44,086 bases of DNA from Mesotaenium endlicherianum (Eukaryota): positions 142,166 through 186,251 of the forward strand of contig WELA01003469.1 in NCBI GenBank assembly GCA_009602735.1. Direction: 5' to 3'. Position 1 is the first letter of the stretch. Every line of letters starts with the position of its first letter. The translations under genes were made by a program, and so were the position numbers. The notes below the pieces were generated by a model. The model was not told where the DNA came from, did not search any database, and saw nothing but the letters and a program-made list of their open reading frames with translations. Positions 10,304 to 21,558 of the stretch are shown here, piece by piece.

Positions 10304-11239
10304 TCAGCAAGTGTCGGGACTCGGGACTCATGTATGACAAGATATGAACCTGGCGGCTGGTTGTAGCCTATTTGCAATGGCCCACCCAGGCATACCAGTC
10401 TAACGTCGGTTTTGCTGCGCCGCCATCTGCCTGGAGCAGCCTGGAGCAGCCTGGAGCAGCCTGGAGGGCCGGACCGTGCATCGAAAGCACGAATACGGAG
10501 ACCTGTCCAGACTCCAATTCGACTTTTTGCCCTGGAATTATGATTCAAGCGCATACACTCCCGAATCGAGACTTCAGACGGCTGGTCTAGACTCCATATG
10601 TTCCAACTTCCGATCCGGGGGTCAAGCTGGTGCTTTGGATAACAGCTAGCATGAGCTCACCCACTGCCCAGGGGTACCGGTACAACTGGGTGCAACTCCT
10701 CTCGGATAGAGAGGGGAATAGCGGACTTTTCAAGTTATAAAAGCTATCTCAACAGAATAGACAAGATTCCATATAAGCCGCAGAATATAATTCATTTGTG
10801 TAAAACTCGAAATTTCTCATTCTCATAACAAAAAAAGAAAATATGCAATGGAGACACAGGCACTTTGCAGGCTATTTACTGTGGGCAACAATTGGGATAA
10901 CTTGGGGTGGACCTGGGCCGTTGGGGCCGGTGCTCCGGTGTACTCCGGTAGGGTCGAAAGCTTTTGGTCGTTACTTTTGCGTATCCACGTTGCAGCAGAT
11001 TGTAGCTGTCTGCAGCAGGTCTGCAGTGGGCTGCATTCATTTGCAAAATTGCACGTCGACAAATATAAGTAAAGTCGGTGCCACTGTTAACTGGCAGCTG
11101 CACTTACCTGCACACTGCTGACTGGTGCAAACTGGTGCAAACTGGTGCAAACAGAAAGCACAGGAAATATATTGGGAAATATGGCTGTGACTAGGATGCC
11201 TTCATTGAAAACGCGTACATGCGCAGCGCTGATTGTCTA

Positions 11240-11275
11240 TGGGCCACATTGGGCAGTCCACTGCTTCCTTATAAA
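11240..11275 (+). promoter_or_regulatory. Putative core promoter of the EGF-CAP gene (TGGGCC site-II-like motif and TATA box)
   Basis: TGGGCC at 11240-11245 and TATAAA at 11270-11275, ~105 nt before ATG 11381. Confidence 0.5.
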
Positions 11276-11380
11276 TTTGAGCTGCGCAACAAGTATACGA
11301 ACGTCTAATACAAACCACTCTTACGACGGCCATAGATCGTAGAACTAGTGCCCAAACAACGCATAGTAAGTCGAAGTAAC

Positions 11381-14300
11381 ATGGGACGCCTTTTGACTAT
11401 CGTATTGCTGTGTGCCATCGTAAGCTGCGCCAGTATCTTACACTCAGCGGAAGCAAGGAATGACGCAAGTTCGAAGCCTGCTAAACCTACTAAACCTGGT
11501 GCGTGCTCAGGACACGATAATGACGCCGTAGCTGTGCGCTGTCAATTTCTCTTCAATCTGTTGTGTACACCGAATTTGGGCATGCAGCCGCAAGGCTGCA
11601 AGTGCTGTGCATCCTTTGTCCCAACTGGTTTTGCCATCACTTCTTGTACAATGCTTGAGGTTTACAACCTCTCAAACTTAGCCTTAGTTTGAGAGGCTGA
11701 CATTTGATAACCTCTATCTTGCCTCTGAGAAGCGAGAAGGCAATAACTTCTATGAGAGTGCGTACGTGACCTTGTTTGTGACGGAGTCAGGCGTTTGAGG
11801 TTCACTCAGAGTTGAATGAATTAAATGCCAGATAGCGCCTTTGACGACGAACTTCCACGATCACCGCACTTCGAGAACTTTTCCAAGCTCACACCGTGTG
11901 TTCTGCTGCATCTGCAGTTTGCAGTGCGACGTCATGCCCCGCCAACTCAGTGTGCAAAGTGACTGGTAACACGATCAAGTGCTCCTGCGCTGCCGGCTTT
12001 GGCGAGAGGAGAGGGCAGTGCCTCTCAGCTGGTACACCTCGGACATCCCTTCATCGCGATGCATCCCTTCTCCTCCTCATCCTGTCTTGCTTCGGCCGTC
12101 CATACTGCCAAATTTGCACGGAAGCCTAGTTGGTGCTGTCTCTCTGGGATGGCTACACCCTTATAATTGCATAATTGTATACATAGACGCCTTATTGCTT
12201 TGGAAGCCTTGATTCAAGCAGCACTCATCTACTTTGGCGTAGTCCTTCATTTGCACCCCCTTCTGATGATTGTACCAGCAGCAGCAAGCGACAAGGAGCA
12301 AGGGCTTGCAAGTTGCACTGCTGCCGCTTGCTGACATGCGGCTGTCCATGCGTGTGCGTGCGCGCGTGCATGCAGCGTGCATTTCGGCCAACTGCCCCGC
12401 GAACTCGACGTGCGCGACTGGCAAGAACAAGAAGGTGGCGTGCCAGTGCAATGCCGGCTTCAAGAGCGTCCGGGGCCAGTGCGTCACCCTCAGTGAGTGC
12501 GCCACAGCTCACCTCCACGACTCACGACCCTATAGCTGCTTGTTTGATTGCGTTCTAGCAGCACGCTTTCTGTACCGCAAGGTACGGCGGTTTAGTCCGG
12601 GCTGGCATTGCACGCATGAGAAGACACAGATAATTGTCTCCTGTCATTTATCTCGAGTTTGTTGGGCCTAAAAACTCCTGTTCGACTGTGTGCACCTCAA
12701 AGAGCATGTGTGTGTGTGTGTGCATCTCCTGACCGTCGCTCCATGTGCGCGTGCAACTCCCCCGCCGCTCCCCCGCCCGGCTAATGTGTGAGCAGACCCC
12801 TGCGCCAGCACCACATGCCCGACCAACGCCGCGTGCTTCAACGAGGCTGTGGGCGACGACATCAAGGCCAGGTGCCGCTGCGGCGCCAACTTCGTCCTCC
12901 AGAACGGCGTGTGCGTTCCCCTCGGTGCGTGCGTGCGTGGCGTGAGCGCTATTCCTGTCCTTTAAGCTCCCTCAGCTTCTGAGCTGCTCGTCAGCGATTG
13001 GACGCGTTGCACGCTGGGCCCCCCTCGAGCACCTGGCTCATTTCTGGACGTGCACGCTCGCTCGCTTGCATGCTGCCATGAATGCCACAACTGGCACGCT
13101 CCCCCTCGCACCGTACCTGTAGCTGCTTCAGCTGTGAGATCTTCCCGGCCGGCTGTGCTGGAGCATGCCGCGTGTCCTGCGTTGATCCTACTGCTGGGAA
13201 CAAATTGCAGATTGAGGAGGCGGAGACGGTGATGTATTTGATCTTGCCTTCATTGCTGCCCCGATTACTGCTGCTGAATGTCTCTTTTGCGGCCCAACAG
13301 ATCCAGCCTCTGCCAGCTGACTAACTTGTACTTCTACCAACTGTCGTCCTCCGTGCTTGTGCCCTTCGTTCCGTGCGGTCTGCTGTGCAGACCCCTGCGC
13401 CAAGAAGGTGTGCCAGCCCAACGCGGCGTGCACCGTGACAGGTGGCAAGGCCGTGTGCTCCTGCAAGTCCGGCTTCATTGCCAAGGGCGACGTTTGCGCT
13501 GTCCTCTGTGAGTACATGACCCTCCCTCACCATCCGTGCCTCAGCCTCCTCCTCGACCTCTACCTCCCCTCGCCTCGGGAGTATTAAGCCTATCTGTATA
13601 AATGGAGGTGTTGGTGGTTGGATAGTCCGCAAGCATTTCCTCCACCACCAGTCTGCAGTTAGCTGGAGCACTGCCATTGTGAAGCACCAGCATCATCGTG
13701 CTAGGAGAATCGAGGCCGGCCTTTACATCCCCGTGCCGCAGTTCAATGGCCAATCATAACCCTCGCTACAGCTGGCTACAAGCAAGAGGACCTGTCGGTC
13801 GATTGACGCGTCCGCTAAACGGCGAGTGTGGCATGTTGGCTGGTGGTGGCGTGGTGGCGTGGATGCTTGCAGCATGTGCGGGCGTGAGGTGCCAGGCCAA
13901 CGCGGCGTGCTCAGTCGCCAGCGGCAAGGCCGTGTGCAGCTGCAAGCCCGGCTTCAAGGCCAGCAGGGGCCGCTGCATTGCCGCTGGTACGCCACCAGCC
14001 CCCCTTCCCTCCCTCCCTCCCACCCTCCCTCCCCTTTCTTCCTCTCTCCCTTCCCACTCCTTAATCACCTCTGTGCTGGGCTGTGCTACGAGCTGCTGCC
14101 GCTGCTGCTGCTGCTGCTGCCCGCAAGGCAACCATGCACACAGCGAGCTGGTGGGGCCATGTTGTGAAGGAGGGGAGAGGAGGCTGAGAGACACCTGTGA
14201 CTGCAGTGCACATGCGGGGCTCCCCGACACAAATGTATGCACGGCGGGACCCTCTTGTGAGGCAGCCAGAGGGGGCCACGACTGACTTGATTGCACTCGT

Positions 14301-15819
14301 CTATGTCGCTGTGCCGCACGCAGACCCGTGCGCGAGCGCCACCTGCCCCGTCGACTCCACGTGCTCCGCTGTCAACAACATGGCCGTGTGCACGTGCAAC
14401 GACGCCACCTTCACCATCGTGGAGGGCGTCTGCACTCCCCTCGGTCAGCCCCTTCTGCCCTCCTGCCTCTCCTGCTTCTGCTCGTACAACGCGGTTTCTT
14501 TTTGCCCACTCTGAAGATGGGTAATTGCCTCAGCGCCCCACTCCAGTATACAGGGTGGGATGCATCTTTCAGAAAAGCGCCCCTAGTAGTTTGTTTGTGA
14601 AGGTCCCTTCTCGCCTTCCTCTGTGGTTTGACAGCTGGGTGACGATGGTTTTGGAGACGGCGGGCGCAGATAACGGAGGCGACGACGTCAGCACACTCTA
14701 CCTGGCCGGTCACAATGACGCGAGAGCAGCTGTGGGCGTGGCTCCTCTGGAGTGGGACGACGCAAGTAAGTCGGCCACCCTGTGCACCTTTCACACCCCA
14801 GCGCTGCTTGACTCGATAGGCACACGTACATGCGCATGTGATCCTTTATCTACACGCGTGATTTGTCCGTGGAACTCTCATGCAGGCCCTGCAGGCTGCC
14901 ATGGCTCTCAGTAGCTGGCCTTAGAAGCAGTGCCGTTTTTCTTCATTTGTTTTTTTGTTTATTTTACCCTGAATGAGGTAACAAAGAAGCAGACAATGCG
15001 CCGCCATCTTGCAGCAGGCACATGCACGTTGCATGCATTGCGGCTGCCATAGCCTCCAGCCGCAGTTGCCTTTGCATCTCTCCAAAAAAGAAACCTTGCC
15101 CAGCTGGCTGCTCTTGGCCCCTCCTCCTCCTCGCGTCTGACTTGTGCCATGTGCGTGCGACCTCCGTGCGTGATTTCTGTTTTCCTTCTCCACCTGGCAG
15201 TTGCCGCCCAGGCCACGTCGTGGGCGGCTAGCCTGGCCAGCAGCGGGTGCGAGCTCACCAACGGCGACAACGCCGACCTCGGCCAGAACCTGGCCATGGC
15301 GGACGGCGCCATGACCCCCGAGGATGCGGTGGCGGAGTGGGTCGCGGCCGCAGCTCTCTACACTCCGGCTGCCTACCCCGGCGGCTGCAGCGAAGCTGAC
15401 GGCGCGTGCGACTACTACACTCAGGTAACTCCAGGCCCCAGGGGAGTGTGCGAGGCTGCTCACTAGGCAGAGCTCTCCACTGCGGGGTTGTTACTGTGCC
15501 GCTGCAAGCTCAGCGTTAGGATGCATCCACTCCACTACTTGGCTCCAGTGCATGCAGAGGGAGTTTCGAAGCATGCAATTCCTCCTAGTGCCACGAACCT
15601 CTCTCTTGGTTATTTGTGCCTTGCATTGCGCTTTGAAAAGGGGCTGGCCTGGGTGTTCTGTGATCTGATTGGCTAGCTTCCTTGCTGTGCGAGGTGCAGG
15701 TCATATGGGGGGCCACCACAAAGGTGGGATGCGGGTCTAGCTCTTGCGCCAGCGGTGCGACGATCCACGTGTGCGACTACAGCCCCGCAGGCAATGTGGA
15801 TGGTGAACTGCCCTTCTAG
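11381..15819 (+). CDS. Secreted protein with six EGF-like repeats and a C-terminal CAP (PR-1/SCP) domain, ~422 aa, 10 exons
   Basis: Exons 11381-11498 (signal peptide MGRLLTIVLLCAIVSCAS..), 11918-12031, 12376-12492, 12796-12924, 13391-13507, 13873-13986, 14324-14443 (each a 6-Cys C-x4-C-x5-C-xn-C-x-C-xn-C unit), 14670-14765 (YLAGHNDARAAVGVAPLEWD), 15201-15424 (GQNLA..W..YTQ), 15700-15819 (VIWGATTKVGCG..VCDYSPAGN..PF*). All introns are GT-AG and the frame is continuous (1269 nt). Confidence 0.9.
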
Positions 15820-17954
15820 GGTGCCCAGCGGCTCCCAGGCCCACTATGGGATGCCATGCAGCAGGGAGGCACATTCCCGTGTCTGACACCAATGTAATTC
15901 CCTGAGGCGTGCATGAAGTGACGGAGAGACTACACTCATCCAAGTTTGGTAAAGTAGCAGGTTCATGCGTCAGCTTGTTTTAGGCATTGTAAGCATCTCT
16001 TCATTCTTCATAATTTTTATTTTTATTCTTTCACATTCTCGGTAAGTATAGTTGTCTGGGAGGATTGGCTCTTGCATGCTTACTGGAAGGGTCAGGACTC
16101 CACACAGAGTTTAGATTACTCAGAATATGGGCATAGGGCAGAGGGCTCATTGGAGGAGCGTAGTTAGCATTCCACTGTAGCAGTGGTGATGGCATAGATT
16201 CAAGGCTTTTAACTGAGTTATTTGTCCAAGGTATAGATATCGTTAAATACCTCTGCTAAAAACCTCGACTGTGGCTGCACCACTGTTGCCAGGTGGAGCG
16301 TGTTATCTGGTATTAGAGAAGTAGTGCCTTCAGCTCTATGCTTAACAACACTTGTATATGCAGGTTATAGATTTATTGAAAGCACTTACTCCCCTTATGT
16401 ATCTGGCATGTATTGCTTGCTTCTGTCAGCTGTATTTATACGGGAAGGATGAGGGAAGAGCGTACATTTATGATGATTACTGTATTAGTTTCTTAGTAAA
16501 AAGAGTAGTAGAGATGTCCATTGTTTGAGGTGATGCTAATATCATGAGCCAAAGTTTGCTCTATCGTTCAGATAGAGAAAGGGCACTTATTTCCTTCCCC
16601 TAGTGCTCATATGTGACTAGCCTGTGTAATAGCTTTTTGTAATACAAACAGGGCTCTATAAGAAAGTTACGACTAAGGAAAGTAAATGGGAGTTAGCTCT
16701 CGCTCACTTGAGAATTACTGACCATGGATTTGTTAAGTCCCCCCCTGCTTCTCTCCCCCATGCTGACGCTCTTCAAGGGCAGATACTCGAGGCTTGGCCT
16801 TTTCCCCCTGCTTGTTCTTGCCCACCCTGCTCCTGCGTCCTCTTATTACATGCCTAATAAAATAAATCGAAATTTATACACCAGTTCCAAGTTCCTTTGT
16901 CCAAGATTTTACAACACACATGCAGGCGTGAACTTTAAGCTGACTTCCACGTCAACCACTCGTGTCTGATTTTATTTTTTCACTCAGTGCCACTTTTATG
17001 CAACAGTGTGTAGTATGTAAGGCATGACACAACGCAAGCACATATGTTAAAGCAGCTATAAAGCCCCAGAGAAGAGATGATGCACGTATGCAATGTTCAT
17101 CTTCTCTATCTCAAAAATAGTCCAGGTAGAGAATTTCAGGACCTAATGTCTTTAGGGTACACATTAAGCAAATCTTCACGACACTTAAACAAGTAGTTTC
17201 TCTCAGACAGGTCAACCGTCGCCTACATTTTTCTCAGACGTTCAAACATTAAGGCCCACTTTCCTTGCTCGCCCAGGAATCATATTCATCATGGCCTCAA
17301 AAGAATCATCATAAGTTGAATAAATACTGCACATTGTAGCTTTAATTGTCCAAGAAGCGCAGGCACATCTTCATCCATCTCTGCTGGACAACAAATAATT
17401 CAGACATCTCTTCAATAAAAAACTGGAAGTCAATGCTGTCCCTTCCAAAGCAGCAAGGTGCACCATGCACATCACGAAAGCCACTGCAATTTAACAAATG
17501 GAGGGCATAGAAAGCATTATTGATACATTAAGGGAGCAAAATAGTAAAATCGAGAGACTTGTCCAGATTATTTATTTCCATTTTTTGACCCCTTGGCTTT
17601 GAATAGCTTCGTTTCCCAAAAGTGAGCATGCAACAGTTGAAATATTTCATATCCGAAATCAGGGTCGCACAGGAGGAAAGCAAAGATGCGGACCATGCCT
17701 TCTTGCTGCATTAATAGCCCGTCGACCACAATATCAGTCAACTGGCTGGCATGCCATGAACCCAAGGGACACCACATGGAGAGCTTCTCCATTCAGCCTC
17801 AGCAGAACCTCCAACCACAGACTCCGTGGCAATAGCATCACAGGCAGCCTTCACGCTCGTTGCCTGAAGCTCTTCCGGGCTGTCTTCAAGTCATGCCAGC
17901 CGCACATCTCTACCAACACTGGGACATGGTGCCTGAGGATCCTGTAAGGCTAGC

Positions 17955-20294
17955 TTAGTAGCGTGAGCTATAATCGCCCCCGCCTCCTCCGTAACCACCC
18001 CCGCTGCTGCCACCGTAGTCCCCACCCCCACTGCCGCCATAACCACCACCACCTCCTCCATAGCTGCGACCTCCACCGTATGAGCCTCCGCCACCACTTC
18101 CAGTGGGGCAGTCCCTCGACAAGTGACCCTCCTCACCACATGAGTAGCACGCTCGGCTTCCGCCACCTCGGCCACCACCACCCCCTCCGTAGCTACCCCC
18201 TCCTCCTCCATAGCTACCCCCTCCAGATCGGCCTCCGTAGCTGCTGCCACCGGCAGATGGATTGGGGCATTCCCGAGAGAAGTGACCAGTCTGCACCACC
18301 AACCACCCAGGAATAATCAACCAACAGACACTCACACTGGTGTTGACTACATGGTGCAGTAAGGCTCAAACTCGTCAAAACTGATGTGTCTTGAATACAT
18401 AATGGGTCAGCAGCATGATAGTCCCCAGCAGCATATAAGCAAGGCCACTAGTCAAATGAAGCCTCAAAGCTTAGATCACCACCTCGGCAGCAGTGCAGCC
18501 CTCAAAGCATGCTGAAAGCAAGTAAAAAATGTAAACCCGACAGAAATCTCGTCCCATGTCTTTTGCATCAGATTACAGGTCTCTCCAGAGATCCCCCCTG
18601 AAAACTGGCTAGTCTCCACAACAGGCGAGCTCACAACTTGCATGGAACTTCAACAGATTCTCCTTCAGCCAAACACGTGGTCCACCTTGTGCAGGACCGC
18701 AACAGAATGTACAACATCACCCGCTGTCTGCACTCTCCTCACAACAAGCGGCCGCTGAGGAAGATTTCGTCTTGAGGCAATCGCTTGTTGAAGCTCACCA
18801 TCACCTTCCAAATCGAGCTGTTTGTCAAGTTTTGGAACCCTTTGGTTGGTTCGTCCAGAAACGGACCCGTGACCGCCCTGATTTTGCCACCCAAAAGCTT
18901 CACTGCTCAGATATCACAAAATCTATGAGACAAGTGGCAAAAAAGGGACAACACGCTTACCTCTCCACAGTTGTAGCAGGCGCCACCTGAGCTTCCACCT
19001 GCGCCCCCTCGTCTGCCTCCGCCCCATGCATCGCCATACCCCTGGCGATCGCCACCAGCTGGAGCCCTGTCTCTTCTCGTGAAGCTGCTGAAGCCATCCT
19101 GGTCACCGCCAGCACCTCCACCTCCTTCCCGAGCCTCTGCCTCCCGGCGCCTCTCTGAAGGCCTCTTCCCTCCGCCAGCTTGAGACTTCTCTAGTGCCAT
19201 TTTCTGTACAGAGGGAAAGGAGGAAAAGGTATAAAAGGCAACTTTGAAGTGGGGTGAGGAATGCAGCTCAAAGCGCATGAAAATGTGTGCATTTCGGCAC
19301 AGTATATGCCAGTCAATCCACTGCAGGTCCACTAGCAACAAGATACCACGGAGGACAAAAGATGTACTTTCTTCCACGGGCACCTCATGCACCAAAGTGT
19401 AAGGGACTCGTGGCTAGCCCTTTGAGCATACCACGTATTAAGTTCGAATTTGCCAATTGCAAGTCCTCTGCTCTGTGCTTGGCGTAAGCAGACAACTAAA
19501 AGTACTGCAGTCCCCTTCATCTCACAGAACCACGTAACTCAAAGTTGTTTACCTCAAATGACTGCAGAAGGTCATCAAGTTTCTTCTCCTTCTGCGAAAC
19601 TTCCTCCTTCAACTCCTTGGATTGTAGAGGATCCGTAGCTTTCTCAAGCTCGCTCTGGGCAAATGCAAGCTCTGCCTCGGCAGCCTTTTGCTCCTCTCTT
19701 TGAGCCTCGCTGAGCATAAGCTGGACATAACAAAGGGAAAGGACCAAGATAATCAGTATCCAAAAGAGAACAACTTTATGACATCATAGACTGATGGTGC
19801 CATTTATCGTTAAAAATAAAGGGGGTCAAGGAAGAAGCACTTCAAGGTAACATGCCAGAGATGCACCTACCAATTTATGAGAGTGTCAAGGAAGAGGATG
19901 AGAGGTACATGCACACAAAAACAGACAATATGGACAAGGAACACAAAACTCACTTTGGTCTTCCACTCCTTGCTAGCCAGCTCTTTCAGCACTTCATCCT
20001 CCTTCTTCCCCTCCCGCTCAGCCATAACCTGTTCACGAGGTCTGGCTGCTCCGAAAGGGCTTGGCTGTACAGGCATTCCGAAATGACCGCATGTCAGTTT
20101 AGGGGAATCACAATGTTAGACCAGTTACGAATGGCACGCAAGCTGTATTCTACATTAAAGGACTTGAACAATTCATATACCTTCGAAGACTTGGCAGATG
20201 AAGCTGCCGAAGCATCTGCGTTTGCACTACGAGGCTGAAGCGACAACTTCGGCCTGCCTGCTGAAACGGCATCGGAATCCTCGTAGCTGCTCAT
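17955..20294 (-). CDS. Protein with plant eIF4B-type motif, coiled coil and Gly-rich region with two CCHC zinc knuckles, ~323 aa, 5 exons
   Basis: Exons 20294-20181 (MSSYED..RPKLSLQPRS), 20064-19954 (PSPFGAARPREQV), 19720-19553, 19203-18961 (..ACYNCGE), 18290-17955 (TGHFSRECP..CYSCGEEGHLSRDCP..YGGG repeats). All four introns are phase 0, GT-AG. Confidence 0.85.
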
Positions 20295-20729
20295 CTTCAC
20301 TAGGCAACAACTTCCAGAATTTAGCAAGGTATAGCAAGGCAGTCTCAAAAAAGACCTCGGAAGAAACTGCAATCGATGTAAAAAATAAGAGCGGCTATAT
20401 CAGGGCTTTCGGATACTTTTCAGAGGAGGCCTCGTGCATTCTCGACGCAGCTATATTGACAGCAGCCACCGATGTGCGATATTTCGAACACAAAACTCTT
20501 TACGTGCGTTTCGAACGTCGAAGAGAGCCCACTGCAAAGCGGATCCTCTAAGGGTCGTTGTCGGGATGATAACCAAATAGGATCCCTCTTCCAGTGAGTT
20601 GCATGGGCGAGTCCACCAATGATGAGAAAACCGCAGAGGAGTTCGCGGTCACGTTGGCAAACTCCATAGGCAAGGGTTTTGACAAATATTGCAGAATATT
20701 GTATGCATACCAGGCTCCACTCAGCTTTA

Positions 20730-20782
20730 CAGTGGGCCACACTCGGCTACACAGCAATTTGGTGCTGGGCTTCACTGGGCTT
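20730..20782. promoter_or_regulatory. Cluster of TGGGCY (site II-like) motifs in the divergent promoter
   Basis: TGGGCC ~20733 and TGGGCT ~20766 and ~20777, upstream of the translation-related gene. Site II motifs are typical of plant translation-machinery promoters. Confidence 0.35.
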
Positions 20783-21558
20783 CGTCGTTGAAAACAATTG
20801 TCAACTAAAGTCATCAAGGTTAAGTAGTCAAGATCAAACTGATTCCTCGAATATATTGACCTGAGACGACCTCAATTCTTACGACGCCGGAACTGGCCTA
20901 AACTGGGCCTAAATGCTGCTAAATGCTGCCTGAATTGGCCTGAATGTGCCTGAATGGGCCTGAGACAGTCGAACCCACCCAAATTGACTCCAACATTCCA
21001 CACTCGAAACTGCTCGAAACTGCTCGATAACGCACCCCATTGATCCTCGAGAGTGCTCGCGAGCACGCGTCTTGACTCGTGACTTCAATTCAGCTCGAGG
21101 AACGAAAAGCATTTGTGGGCCAGTGCCCGCTTGTGACCAGCTTGTGCCGGGGGTGGTGAGTCGTGACTCGTGAGACGGGTCGGGAGAGACTCGAGAGTCG
21201 AGACCAGGTGAGCCACGTCGATATCGTGACGCTCTGTAGAGACTGGTAAAAGAGTCCAGACCCTGAACGTTAAAAGCTCTAACCGATAACTGTTGTCGGG
21301 CGTGCATGAGCTCTTGTAAATGTCTTGTTCCCTGTAACACAGGTGCCGGTTCGGGAGCTCGTGTACCACTTCATTCCTGTTATTTAACGCTTGAGGTGCT
21401 ATCTCACGCAGATAGGCTGTAAGGAAATGGTTATTTGCGTCGTGGATCCATGGTTACGCCTTAGAGCCTGCGTGTTGATGTAAATGTAAATCCGTGCCGC
21501 TCTTTGACCTTTCTCGAAATGAAATCGCTTGTTTGATCTTGTCATTCGGCTCACGAGA

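Noticed and set aside
17963..18316. His/Pro-rich plus-strand ORF
   Set aside because: Antisense shadow of the GGN/TAC-rich glycine exon of the zinc-knuckle gene.
20891..21030. CRISPR-like repeat array
   Set aside because: Short contiguous tandem units with no spacers, in a eukaryotic context with no cas genes.
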